DNA of 58,624 nucleotides, filler included, from Sphacelaria rigidula (Eukaryota): assembly GCA_964200075.2 (NCBI GenBank). It is 9 parts of 9 records of this genome, joined end to end, with 100 filler letters (N's around TTAATTAATTAA, not from the genome) between each part and the next. Parts side by side here need not be neighbours in the genome. Positions count along the whole stretch, not along the records: positions 1 to 6,426 come from CAXNAA020020145.1; positions 6,527 to 12,951 come from CAXNAA020020146.1; 7 more parts are not named here. One strand, written 5' to 3'. The notes beneath the pieces are model-generated. The model made no database searches, had not been told where the DNA came from, and worked only from the letters and a program-made list of their open reading frames with translations. The position numbers and the translations under genes were made by a program. Numbering within the stretch: position 1 is the first letter of the stretch; each line of letters begins with the position of its first letter. This document shows positions 1-11,599 of the stretch, piece by piece.

Positions 1-60
1 CATTTGTTGCTTGCCTTAGTCGTTTGACCATTGACCACGCATCCCTTTCGAGACGGAGCA
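1..60 (+). repeat. G-tract-anchored short repeat, subfamily A (5'-truncated at contig start)
   Basis: CATTTGTTGCTTGCCTTAGTCGTTTGACCATTGACCACGCATCCCTTTCGAGACGGAGCA; near-identical copies at 9746-9810(-), 19382, 31884, 38937, 45525, 52262 and 52898. Confidence 0.9.
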
Positions 61-1176
61 AGAGTATTTTGGGGGGTAGCCGAATGGCTGCGTGTGTTGA
101 TCAGCAAGCGTTTGACACGGACCCAGTTCAACTTCAAGGGTCAGTTTAAACGCTGGGAAGAAGAGCGCCTCGGGTCAGCGACATCCCGTCCGGCGTTTTT
201 GCGAATTGAACATGAACTGTTGATCACACGAGCACACCTTGGATGAGATATATCTTTCGTGCTTCGGATGGGATTGAGTTATTAATGTTGGTAACACACA
301 TCCCACCACTGTTTGTATGTAGCGCACGAGTGCCCAAGATGCGTCCTGGATGTTCACCACTGCCAAAACAACAGCTTACATGATGGCGAGGCTAGCGACA
401 AAAGTCTTGAGATGCTGCATAATTAACTGCTGAAAAGCTCCTTTCCTACTCCATACTGCAAAAATAAACGCGTAGCAAAAGTACAGCACGCAACACTCAA
501 GTGCGCCATGATAGCCCAAAGTGTAAAACGAATGATGCTGGGGGAAAGCCAAGTACGAGTACCCCGTTGCCTCGTACGTGTGTCAGCACGCAGACTACTC
601 GAACGCTTGGAGTCCCTGTTGTATATCCCAAACCGCAGCACTACAGTTAGTTGCACAAGTGTTGAAACCGTGGGTATTTGTCATTCTCTTCGAGAGCGAG
701 AGAAAACTCTTCCGGCTCTACATCCACCGCTCTCGGAATGCTAGTTCTATGACCAACCAAGTGCCTGACAACAGCATCGTAACAAAGGCAACCTGTGCTT
801 CGGCAGAGCCTCCATAAGTAGAAGCCGCTCTTTAGTACATTCTGGTACGGTACACAGTAAAGTTTGCCGACTTTCCGAGGCAAGTAACCGCCATGCGTAT
901 TGTGTTGTCAATCCGTTCAACCGTTGCGTACACACCGAACGATGACCGCATCTTGGAGAGCATTTTAACGCGGAAAAGATATTCGACTGGTGTGCTCGCC
1001 TTCACATTGGGGTAAGTGTGTGGTACACAAGTTATACCGAGTGAGTCTCGTGTCAAAAGTACACAAGAGAGTACTTCACTGCCGGCTGAATCAGCACCAC
1101 TCGCAGACTAACCAACAGTTATGATGTCATACATTCGTCAGGCACTGAGAACACGACACAATAAATCACGACTCAC

Positions 1177-1647
1177 CATCGCCCTATTGCCCCCGAAAAA
1201 TACGGATGTTTTAAACGTCGTGTTCCCTTCATTGTGCAGCGCCCCTCCACTACTTCCCGCAGAGTTATGCTGCATAATGGATTTTCGCAGAAACTGCGTA
1301 TCTCCGCCGGGTGCCGTGTACACCGCTCCTCCCTGACCCCGTCCTCCTCCGACCCAACCATCCACACGTTCGTGCGCAGCGTTTCCCGAGAATAAACTCC
1401 GTCTCATGAACGCTAACGATCCACGGTTGCACACGGCACCGCCCCACCCACCATTGCTCACGGAATTGTCTTCAAAACTAACGAATTCTGAGAATATGAC
1501 CCGACCCATGCGGCCGACATACAGCGCGCCGCCGCACGCGCCGCCCCCGCCACCCCCGCCCAACGACCTCCTTGTTGCGGCGGAATCCCTCGATTCTGTG
1601 TTGTACGCTCGGTTTCCCAGGAAATGTGCGGCATGTTCAAAGGTCAG
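1177..1647 (-). CDS. Internal exon of a Pmp (polymorphic membrane protein)-like / pectin-lyase-fold repeat protein
   Basis: Acceptor ctctttccag and donor gtgagt; 157 codons with repeated GGA(L/V) and FxxN motifs (GGALYV, FEDN, GGAVCN, FSGN, GGAVY, GGALHN, FGGN). Confidence 0.8.
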
Positions 1648-2675
1648 CTGGAAAGAGCGCGGGCGCGAGGTACGGCGGAGGACGGGGTGCATTCGTAGAC
1701 AACTCTAAATCTCCGTGCGGGTCCAAAAACACTGATAATGCGCGAATCGGGAGTGGTGGGGGAGTCCAACGTCGTAGGCATGGCAATTTGTGGCGTGAGT
1801 CAGTTCGCTCGCGTTGGTGGGTGTGGATACACCGCAGAGCGCTCTGAGAATACCTGTCACCTCAAAAACGCCCCAGGTGGGGCAGTTGAACAAGTATCAG
1901 CAACTCATAATGTTACGTGACCAGCGCCTCGGTGGGGGTGCGTTGGCGTGATGCACGCACAGAAAATATGAGGGGGTGTGTTCAAAATACCCCAGATGCG
2001 GCATAGATACAGATGCAATGCAGTAGTTAGTCAGTCTTAAGGTAGCCCTGTCACCTAAAGCTTGCCGACACGCCCTCTTCACTTGCAGGGGATGAACATA
2101 TCGTGCCGTGCTCACGCTAGAAAATGTGATACTGTACATGTGCTGAGATAGCTTTCTCGGACTAGAGCAATATCGAAAGTAGTATGGGCATGCTGGAACC
2201 AGAAGCAACTTTGAAGAAAAAATGATTCCCCTGCGAACGGTCTCCACGCCGTCTATCAGAAATCAACGCTCATCGATATTCAAGGGACGGAATCCCACCA
2301 TGTGAGCTCTGGTGGAAAGCGCTTTCGTTGACTTTGTTCTGCTGGAGGGAAAGTTCTTTTTTCTTCGTCTATTTTTTCGTGTACAATAGCCTTAGCCATA
2401 GATACAACAACCTTTGGCGCGGTAGTCAACATCCCCCCAGGAGATGCTCAATTCCCAATTACTGGCCTCACTAAGCAACCCCCCCCCCCTCCCCCCGCCC
2501 CCACTTCAAAAACAAGGAGGAAGCAGAAAAGGCATTCTTATTAACGGAGGTATCGGACGAAAAGCTGTGTACACTCATTGGAACTACGTTTTCGGAATGG
2601 TGGCACGATATATTGGTGTATCTCGTACAATTTTGTCAATATGATGACGGAGGGCATTTCCCCCCTGTTTTCCTC

Positions 2676-2740
2676 TTCGATATCTTCGGGTTCGATATCT
2701 TCGGGTTCGATATCTTCGGATTCGATATCTTCGGGGTCGA
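2676..2740 (+). repeat. 15-bp tandem repeat (TTCGATATCTTCGGG) x4, intronic
   Basis: Four consecutive units read directly. Confidence 0.9.
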
Positions 2741-2978
2741 TTTTAGCGTCAAATCATGATCCAGGATGTACTTTCCTGTCCGTGATAATTCGATATGATC
2801 ATGTTCGGCCTCCGTCATCGAACGGCTATCCCCGCCACCGGTGGAGCGGTGATTTGAACACCCTGCACCGCACAATCCACCAAGGAAAACCCTGATATGT
2901 TAACATATTTTGAACAATCAATCAAACTATGGAAACACGGAGAATGCTACGATAATACCACCCTTCCTCCCTACTCAC

Positions 2979-3104
2979 CACGCCATTGACCGCAACTGCT
3001 GCGCCGGACTGCCCCCCTGCGACGGAATTCCGCTCGAACAAAACCGGTATAGAGAACGCAGCCTCCGACCCTTCCATCACCTCCAAAACAGGTCCATCGG
3101 ACAC
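2979..3104 (-). CDS. Upstream exon of the same Pmp-like protein
   Basis: ccag|VSDGPVLEVMEGSEAAFSIPVLFERNSVAGGQSGAAVAVNGV|gtgagt; 42 codons, phase 0, splices in frame to LTFEHAAHFLGN and continues the FxxN/GAAV pattern. Confidence 0.75.
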
Positions 3105-3699
3105 CTGGGGTTGAGTAATGGATTTATGCGTGGCGCTATTACAAGACGAGAGGGGTATTGATAGGCGACGTACCAAGCGGGAAAATAAATCAATATCGGT
3201 TAAGGTAGTAGAGCTCTATAGCATCTTCACCACGATGTCTATGGCTATTCAGAGCGGTAGTAGAGGTGATGACACTGTCAAGTTTATGACAACATGGAGC
3301 GAGACCGCACTACTACTATCTGCACGGTAAGGAATCTGAGGTTGTGCAGAGGGTTGATTTATAAATCTTATTGGCCTTTTATGTATCTGCAATTTGTCTA
3401 GGTAATGTTTGTGGCATGCGTCCGCATTAATTCGCTGTGTGCTTAAATCCTGTCGTCACGCCTATGTCAATTACTGTTGTTGAATAGATAAGAGCTGCCT
3501 TGGGTCATATCGCATGTTCAACGCAGCAGTCCTGCCAGGTTATGAGCCTCGTTGCTACGATGAACCGTCGCGCAAAGAACTCAGAATCTCCCTTGAAAAA
3601 GAGATACATCGCATTCAGCGGTAAACGTGGCGAGTTCCATGGTTGGTACACTCTACAACTGTCAATGATGCTCGAAGAAGGTCTCGGTACGATGATGAT

Positions 3700-4400
3700 C
3701 TGAGAGTACAGAGATGGCCGGGCTGCTATTATCTCCCTAGATATCAAGTATTCCCCCGATGGTGAGTCTTGGAGGTAAGACCTGCACGATTCCGGACGTC
3801 CAGGGTCGGCAGGTCTTGCTCTTTTGATTGTATCCCACCATGATCGTTTTCTGAGCGCGAGGTGCCAGTTTTCCGTCTCTGTTCGTTTTTTAATAGGTTT
3901 GAAAACGATTGATCCAAACTCGTGCATGTGTTTGAGGTTTTTTAAGGGCTTACTCAAAAACATTTCAAGAGGAGCGTTGCCTTCGAGTACATCAGTGCGA
4001 GTCCTGTTAGGGATGTAACCCGCGATTCGAATCACTCCAGGCCAGAGTTGCGATGGAATGTTTTGGGCACCCAACATAATACAACAAGCTGTTCTGGGGC
4101 ATACTGCGAACCAAGCAATGCGTTGATTAGCGCATGTTGTTTTTTGGCGAAGATGCCTCTATCTCCAAGCGTTCTAGTTCAACGTACATTCGACGTAGTT
4201 TGTGAATCGTCGGAGAGGGATCATATTTATCCTTGACTGTCATGATCACCTTCGTAGATTTCATCGTGAAGGTCTCGCATCCAAGACTCACCATCGCGGA
4301 CAAACTTCGTATCTAGGGCTGTAATGGCAGCCCGGTAATCTACGTAGGGCGTGGACCGCCCAACTGGTTCTTTGTGCCAACATGGACGTCCGAAAGACCG
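3700..4400 (-). mobile_element. Ty1/Copia integrase remnant (end of core plus SH3-like region), degenerate
   Basis: IPSQLWPGVIRIAGYIPNRTRTDVLEGNAPLEMFLSKPLKNLKHMHEFGSIVF resembles the Copia LW..A...A.Y..NR......P.E.......L..FG signature; stops and frameshifts present. Confidence 0.75.
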
Positions 4401-4409
4401 CACAAAATT

Positions 4410-5360
4410 CAGAATTCAGTAGAAGTGTCAGTTCGGGAGAAGGATATACATGATGTCGTCAACCCCGACCTCAAGTACGAACCGTTCCCGGAGGCTGACT
4501 CGGACTCAAACTCGGAGAATCAATCGTCTGTGTAAAAATGACCGATTCTCTCAAGTTGGGAGTGAGGAGCCGTCCACTCCAGCGCCTAAAGACCCTCCAC
4601 GGGTTTGGTTCGGCCCAGTGATCTGCCGTTCGACCTTCCTCCTGATAGGAGCCAGCGGTCCCTCCGCGGAGATGCTGAAGCCTCCAACAAAGCAAGTTTT
4701 GAGCGGATTGAATACGCCATGGTTACGGGGAGCTTTGGCGCCGTTGGAGCAACTACACCGGCTGAAGCAGGATACACGCCTGGCGATCCTAACCCGTTTG
4801 ATGAAGCCGTGAAAGATTACGCTTCTGGGTGGAGTGCGAGCATGATGGAAGAGCAAAAGTCTTTCGATAACCACAAGGTTTTCGAGTGGGTGGACGTGCC
4901 AATGGATGCTTGAAAACAACTCCTCCCATCTAAATTCCTCCACCGCAGAAAGTACGACAAGCATGGCAACCCCAATGGGCTCAAATCGAGAGTCGTGGCA
5001 CAAGGATGCTACGAGAAGGAGACTGGTGATCGCAAAGACGGCTAAGGCTATTTTCAAAGATGATGGGTATTCAAAGCTCGTACCTCCAGGAAAAAATGAA
5101 TGCTGAGAACCCTCCTGTATTTGTCATACAACCGGTGGGATTATGAAGTGTACCAGTAAGCAGTCCAAGCAAGTGGGGGAATTGAAAGCATGGCTGTATG
5201 GTCTCCACCTCGACCCTCGCAGTTGGCATCAAACAACCGATATATACCTGATCGGCACAGGATTTGTGGCAAGCACGGCTGACCCATGTTTATACAACAA
5301 GAACAATGGAGGAGTCTCTACTGCTTTACGTGGATGATGTCCTGATATCTGGAAATACTA
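4410..5360 (+). mobile_element. Ty1/Copia reverse transcriptase (RVT_2) remnant
   Basis: PNPFDEAV..WSASMMEEQKSFDNHKVFEWV, KSRVVAQG, LYGL..PRSWH, GF..STADPCLY and LLYVDDVLISG motifs across broken frames. Confidence 0.88.
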
Positions 5361-5838
5361 GACAGAATGTTGAAGACCATTAGTCATATCTTCTCACCAC
5401 CAGCGCTGAACGTGGTCATTATCAATATCTACGTTCGTGTTTCGTTTCATATAGCCCTCGGCTTCCCCCAGATGCTGAAACATTTTCACACCTTGGACAA
5501 TATACGGTCAAAAGTTACAATATTGTCGGCCGGCAATAGTTGCAATAGGCCTATACTTTATGCAGTACACCTCTCGTCTATTGTATCTATTGACATATAT
5601 TGTGCACGGTGTGAGCATATTTCACCTCTTACAAACCACAACTCACTCACCCGGACTGATCAAAGTTGTTGACGTTCGCAAGCCGCGCCCTTCCCGCCCT
5701 ACTTGTCGAGCGCACGATGTTCTTATCCTGCCCGTACTTCGTGTTTATGAGGGCTACCAAATTCGCCGTTTGCTATTCGCGGGCAACATCTGAGCCCAAT
5801 TTCTTAGACGGAATTTCTTCAACTTTATTTGGCTTTAA

Positions 5839-6205
5839 CCCTTTCGGGACCGACCCCCCACTAACACAGGGTTGACCCTGCGTTAGTGAAATAATAAAAA
5901 AACAAGTCTTCGAGCGACCTGCCCAATCACGGCGAGGTGAAATTTATCGACTAGACCCGAACGACCAGTGCTGAGGTTGTTGGCGAGTATGATGCCACTG
6001 TAAAGATCGTGTGGGGATCCTATCCCTGGCCCAGATAATCCTCTGCAGGTTTCCAAGGGCAGGGCGGTCGGAGCTTGGTGGTATGATATGACTTGCACTC
6101 AGTATACCGTTCCCGAGTTTTCCGGTGGGTTTTTTGGGTCTCAATTTCCTACCAAAAACGTAGTAATTACACTAACACAGGGTCGACCGGAAAACCCGGA
6201 AGGAG
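5839..6205. mobile_element. Possible piggyBac-like non-autonomous element
   Basis: TTAA followed by CCCTTTCGG; subterminal palindrome CACTAACACAGGGTTGACCCTGCGTTAGTG (5859-5888) whose left half recurs near 6170; right terminus degenerate. Confidence 0.35.
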
Positions 6206-6426
6206 TGTACATGCTACCATGTGGTCATTTTCACCACGCCCTAAACCAGGTGGGCTGTGGAAAGACAAAAGGATCCACTGTCATGAGTTCTGCTTATCCC
6301 TCTGGCGATGACTTGCAGGGTGCAGTTTATATGTATGTAGTGGGTGGGGATGAAGAAGCGGTATGTAGGCAGTTGATCTCGGTAGCTGAGAATTGCCCAG
6401 AACGTGCAAGGGAGGATGCAGCTGCC

Positions 6427-6526
6427 NNNNNNNNNNNNNNNNNNNNNNNNNNNNNNNNNNNNNNNNNNNNTTAATTAATTAANNNNNNNNNNNNNNNNNN
6501 NNNNNNNNNNNNNNNNNNNNNNNNNN
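6427..6526. other. Artificial contig linker (N44-TTAATTAATTAA-N44); also at 12952, 19477, 26002, 32527, 39052, 45577 and 52101
   Basis: Eight identical 100-nt spacers carrying stops in all six frames, spaced 6524-6525 bp apart. Confidence 0.99.
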
Positions 6527-6894
6527 CACGAGCGATACGGTGCCTCTCTGAATTGTGGGCACCTCTTTGGAATGCATCGTCTGCAGACAACCGACATGGC
6601 GTCGCTTCCGACTGTCGCTTGCGGAAGAGAAGGTATGGCTGTTGAGAACCGGTACGCTGGTTTTCGGAAATCGGCAGGCTTCGGACAGTAGTGCCCTGGC
6701 ACGATACCGTTCCGTCGAGAAGCCAGGCCTTGACAAACTGATACGTGTCTCCTTCAGTTTCAGCATGTTTTCGATATCCACGCACCCGGAGAGCAGAACT
6801 GTTTGCCCCTTCCTCCAGGAAGAAACGAGACATTGCGCCTGTACAGGCTGAGCATTTTTGAAAATTGGTGCGATGCCTCCAGACAACAGCTGGG

Positions 6895-7556
6895 TTTTTT
6901 TCAAAGAGCATCACAGAGGTGCCACCCACAAGGGAGTTGTAAAATTGTCGACACGCGTTCTTGTGCCCGGCTGAGCTGAGGTGATACTGGTTCATTTATC
7001 TTTTTTTGCTGCTCCTGGCCACGGGCTGGATTGTTGCAGGCGGCTAATGTGATATAATCAATCAATCAATCAATCATCAACTTTGCGAAGGGTATGACAG
7101 GGGTGGCCTACCTACGAAAAGGGGATTGTATGAATCTCGACAAGCGTTCTTGTACCCAGCTGAGCTGAGGGGATGCTGTTCGTTTTTGCAGAGAGTGCTA
7201 GGCGGTGTTTTAACGAAACAAGGAAAGTGAGAATCATTTCGTGGCAGTGACAGTGAAGTGACGGTTCACAACTTCATTATCACAAGGAATCACGCGGCGT
7301 TCCAATCGAGCATGGTAGGGTGGGAACCAAGTGATAGACAGACGGAAAACAGCACGCGAACAGACAAGTCACTTCAAGAAGTGCGGCAATCACGCGCAGG
7401 GTAGGTGGGTATTGTCGCACGTCGAAGCGCAGACCGCCTCCCCCACGAGAAGCAGCAGCAGCAGCAGCAGCAGCGGCAGCAGCAGCAGCAGCATCTTTGT
7501 TGCCAGTGACTGTGTGCGGTTGGGGGTGGGTCTGAATCAGCCGGCGCCGGCGCCGA

Positions 7557-7587
<31 letters not shown>

Positions 7588-7984
7588 TGTAGACGTGCGA
7601 CAACACCCACGCACCTTGCGCGTGATAGCCACCGTGCTGGACAGTGCTGGTCCGTACTACCCGCCGATGAGTCAATGTTTCCCCACTAGGCCAAGTGCTG
7701 GGAGATATATAGCTGTGCGCATCTCTCTGTGGGAGCTGTGCTCGTCGGGTACGTCTCGCACGCGTGCCTACCGCTGGTGATAGGAATAAAGCCAGCGTCC
7801 AATACAGGGAAACAAAAGTGATACGTGCTCGTACTGAAAATGCTACAATATACTGGTACAGTATGAGGGTAACAACACGCAAACAGATCATACTCGACTT
7901 CAAACTACGGGGGAGGAAATCACGCGCCAGGTGAGGTGCACGGGTATCGTCGCACGTCGAAGCGTAGACCGCCTCCCGCACGAG

Positions 7985-8024
<40 letters not shown>

Positions 8025-8875
8025 CTTTGTTGCCAGTGAATGTGTGCGGTTGGGGGGTGGGTCTGAATCAGCCGGCGCCGATGCTGCTGCTGCTGCTCTT
8101 CATTGCAGACCGTCCGCGTTTCGACCGTGCGACAACACCCACGCACTTTTGCGAGTGATAGCCACCGTGCTGGACAGTGCTGGTACGTACTACCCGCCGA
8201 TGGGTCCATGCTTGCTTACTCGGCTAAGTGCTGGGAGATATATAGCTGTGCGCATCTCTCTGTGGGAGCTGTGCACGTGGAGTGTGTCTCCCACGCATGG
8301 CTGCTGCTGGTGATGGCAGCATTGAACCCAGCGTGGCCACTGTTAGTGATGGGATCCCAATTGTCTGTCCCATGAAGAGCCAGCCCAACAGCCCACGCCT
8401 TGCAACCATGTGACGCTGCTCTCCGCATTATCACGCGAATGTCCCTCCGCTCTCACGAAAATTCATTCCCAAAGGAATAATTTTGGTGAAAGTGGGTTTG
8501 GGGGAGGTGAGAATGTGGCATCAACTCACAACCAATCTGAATAATGAAAAAACAAGAAATATATATATATATATATAATATCACTATCACGTCGCGTTTC
8601 CACATTTTTGGGCTCGATAACAGGGGCCCTTACGTTCCTGTGCCCAGCTGAGCCGAGGTGATGCTGGTTTCTTTTGCAAAGGGCGCGATGACAGGGGTGC
8701 CGCCCATGACAGGGTTGGCACCCTCACGGGAGTTGTATAAATGTCGCCAAAAAAACTTGTGTCCAGCTTACCTGAGGTGATGCTGGTTTCTTTTGCGAAG
8801 GGCATTACGGGGGTGCCACCTGCAAAAAAGAGTTGTATGAACGTCGACAAAAACTCTTGCGCGTAGCTGAGCACG
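6895..8875. repeat. Diverged ~100-bp tandem repeat (units ~6895-6995, 7081-7190, 8632-8875) interrupted by the CAG/CTG element
   Basis: Shared core GAGTTGTA..ATGTCGAC..TTCTTGTGCCCAGCTGAGCTGAGGTGATGCTGGTT.CTTTTGC.AAGGG. Confidence 0.7.
7201..8420 (+). repeat. Dispersed repeat containing two CAG/CTG-armed stem-loop modules (copy 1)
   Basis: Start GGCGGT.TTTT.ACGAAACAAGGAAAGTGA shared with 24234; internal duplication of a ~530-bp module; right end approximate. Confidence 0.8.
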
Positions 8876-9051
8876 TGCCTGCTACATGTTCGCTCCCTGC
8901 CGATGGAAGTCACCCCCTCTCGTCCCCACACCATTTCACCACGCTCTCGGGTCTTGCAACCGACTGACTCAACGATTGTCCCACATTAATTTACTCCCGA
9001 GCGAGGGGTCCACCCGTAGTCACAGCACATACACGCTCTAAAAAGGCGAAA

Positions 9052-9390
9052 ATGGACCTTGTGTGCTGGCTTTGTTTGCGACCGTTCAAGCAGCCGCTGT
9101 CTTATCAAAGGCATGTGTACGCGCACGGAGCCGGCATACAGGATGCAGACGCTCGGAGAGACTGGGCGGAGCGGTGTCAGAAAGTGGGAGTAACATCCAC
9201 ATCCGTCGCGCTCATCAGCGACAGCAAGGGGAGGAGGAAGGCTTCCCTCGCCATGGCAAAACGGAAATACGAAGCTCGGAAGAGGCAGGAGAGAGAAGCT
9301 GCCAGACTGGCCGCAGATGAGGCTGTGGTGAGCCCGAGGATGTCGCCGTTGCCGCTCTTCGTTGTATCCGATGAAACAAATCGGAGGTAA
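9052..9390 (+). CDS. ORF or first exon with one classical C2H2 zinc finger and a basic helical segment
   Basis: CWLCLRPFKQPLSYQRHVYAH fits C-x2-C-x3-F-x5-(hydrophobic)-x2-H-x3-H; KRKYEARKRQERE is NLS-like; possible donor gtgagc near 9328. Confidence 0.5.
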   Translation: MDLVCWLCLRPFKQPLSYQRHVYAHGAGIQDADARRDWAERCQKVGVTSTSVALISDSKGRRKASLAMAKRKYEARKRQEREAARLAADEAVVSPRMSPLPLFVVSDETNRR

Positions 9391-9745
9391 CGCGAATTAC
9401 CTGCACACAGCGTCATCATTGAAGTGCAAAGCCCATCCCGCTCTCGTACCAGATCGTGCAGATTTGGCGTGTGGTTCCGTACTGCATCTCTCACTTCACC
9501 CAACGATGAGACCAGATTGCTCGCAGGTTCTCGTCGACTGAGATGCCGGAGGAGTAAAACTGCGTTTATGAGAATATATGAATGTAACATGTAAATGTGT
9601 ATGCTCGCTATGAACATACCACGTTCTGGTGCCCTGCGCGAGTTCGATTTGTCCCGTCAATATGCATATACAAACCTGTATACAAGGGTCTGTCGAGGGA
9701 AAATGTTCGGACACTGAGCCCCCCCCCCCTTCCGGAGTGCCGAAG

Positions 9746-9810
9746 TGCTCCGTCTCGAAAGGGATGCGTGGTCAATGGTCAAACGACTACGGCAAGCAAC
9801 GAATGAGTAC
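9746..9810 (-). repeat. G-tract-anchored short repeat, subfamily A
   Basis: Reverse complement of the consensus, with poly-C tracts on both sides. Confidence 0.9.
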
Positions 9811-11009
9811 GCCCCCCCCCCCTCCCCCCCTCCCGGAGGGCAATTTTTCGAAAATTGTCATGATTTTTGAGATTGTATTTTCGTGATATTTTCTTGTGAT
9901 TTTTCGGGCATCTTTCGGTGATTCTTTGTTGATTGTTTTTAAAGAAATTGAAAAAAAAACGAAAGGTCTGGCGGGCTCTGCGTGGTTCGTGTATTGCATA
10001 CTTGCCTCTGCTCCTTGCCCGCCCCGTCCCGATGACCTCGGATGCCGGTAACGCTCACACACACATCCATGCACAATGCACGAGCGCATGGTAGCGACAC
10101 CCTGTAGCCAAGGTGGCAGCATGTTTCCACGCCTCGCCGAACTTGCCCGGACTACTAGTGGTCGGTCGTCGAGACACAAGACACGGAACATGATCCCATG
10201 AATGTAATCATGGTAGGTGATGAGCTTGGAGGCGCGGTGTGTCCGTCATCTCAGCGGTCTCCATGCCGGGGAACTCTGTACACGGCAGCTGACCGCATCC
10301 GCCAACGCCTCGGCAAGAAACCAGGGGGCAGCAGGCTGGGTCCCGCCCCTCAAAAACTCGAGCTTTTGATCTTGGAGCCTACGTGTCCCGAACTATATTT
10401 TCGACAGACCCTTGCTGCATATATTATTCATCCAACGTTTTTGGACTTTCATACCTACGAGCTGAGTTCTGCTTTGTTCGTTTCGAACTTTGTATGTCTA
10501 TGTGATGTTCATCAATACCAACCACTTCGAATATGAACCAAGGGCCCGTAACTCAGAGCCATCGTGCGCGCCTGGAGTGATGCTACGATAGGGGTTGCAC
10601 CGTTTTGGCGAAAGTGCTTCTCGGGGTGTTGCACGGGTCGTTCCGAGGGTTGGCGTCATTTTTACTTGAAAAAGACTGGAAGTGATGCATGTCCACGGAA
10701 ACGGTCCCTGCGTGCACCTCCATGTCCGGTCCTCGGAGAGTTGGGTTGCACGGTAAGCCCCGTATATTTGGGCTGTTGCAGACAAGAGACCCAGAAACAA
10801 GAATTGCAACCCCTGGCGTAGCGTGGCTCCCTGGTGAGCGTAGAGCCAATCGTTCAACTCGACCCTGGCGCAGAAACGTCTGCTTTTGCATCCTTAGCTC
10901 ATTGGGTACGGCACTAGTCTCCCGGAGTGGGAGTGATGGGTTCGAGTCCTAGAGAATGTGGTATCGGTGGTATACACACGCGACGTTGATGTGTCATCTG
11001 TGGACAGTA

Positions 11010-11355
11010 TTTCGTGTGGGTTTCCTCCTATCTCCTTCCATACCTTGTCGATCTCGTCATCCAACCTTACTCCAACCTCCCCTTTCGTACTTCTCTTCCG
11101 CACAGCCCTGTGAACTGTGGCCGGCAATCTCTTTCTCTGCATGTTCTTTGTGCTATATTGCCATCGCAATTCTGTCGTGTCTCCGCTTGTTTGAGGTGAG
11201 TACGTTCCAAACTCTGCTCGCGAAATACTGTATTACCCGTCGTTTTCGAGCGTCCAAGTATCTTCTCAGCTGCTGCCTTCTGCACTGTTTCCAACTTTTC
11301 TACCAACTTCAGGTTCCCCTCTAATACTTCTCCTCCATAATCGATCGGGGGGGGA
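11010..11355 (-). mobile_element. 5'-truncated LINE (non-LTR retrotransposon) ORF2 C-terminal remnant
   Basis: PIDYGGEVLEGNLKLVEKLETVQKAAAEKILGRSKTTGNTV resembles the P.LEY...W......LE.VQ..A...ILG signature downstream of the RT domain; frameshifted. Confidence 0.7.
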
Positions 11356-11599
11356 ATTCACGAAACCATGTGCTCATAGATGCGCCAAACGACCTGAACC
11401 ACACGCGGTGCGCTTGTATTTGGGTAAAAGCGGTGTAAAGCAGTACAAACGAGCGTTATTCACGGGGAGCAAGCGCGTTCGAACAACTATCGGCTGCTTT
11501 CAACCGCGATTGAAGTGGAATTCCGTGGAAGAAAATGCCCCCCCCCCCTATCGTAGCATGATCCCTCCCTAAGGTTTTGTTACCTGAAACAAAGTGATT

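Noticed and set aside
6471..6482. Periodic TTAATTAATTAA motif every ~6525 bp
   Set aside because: Artificial six-frame-stop linker within N runs
7280..8209. 309-aa ORF and other poly-Q/C/S/A ORFs (also 24882-25661)
   Set aside because: Open frames arise from CAG/CTG tracts in a repeat; the frame is not conserved between the two copies
6895..8875. Zinc-finger repeat protein from the ~100-bp repeat (HLSSAGHKNAC on the minus strand)
   Set aside because: Only one Cys per unit, and unit lengths and frames are inconsistent; kept as a repeat
9746..9810. Hammerhead ribozyme in the G-tract element (CGAAA, GTC and ATGAG present)
   Set aside because: No CTGATGA core and stems I and III cannot be formed
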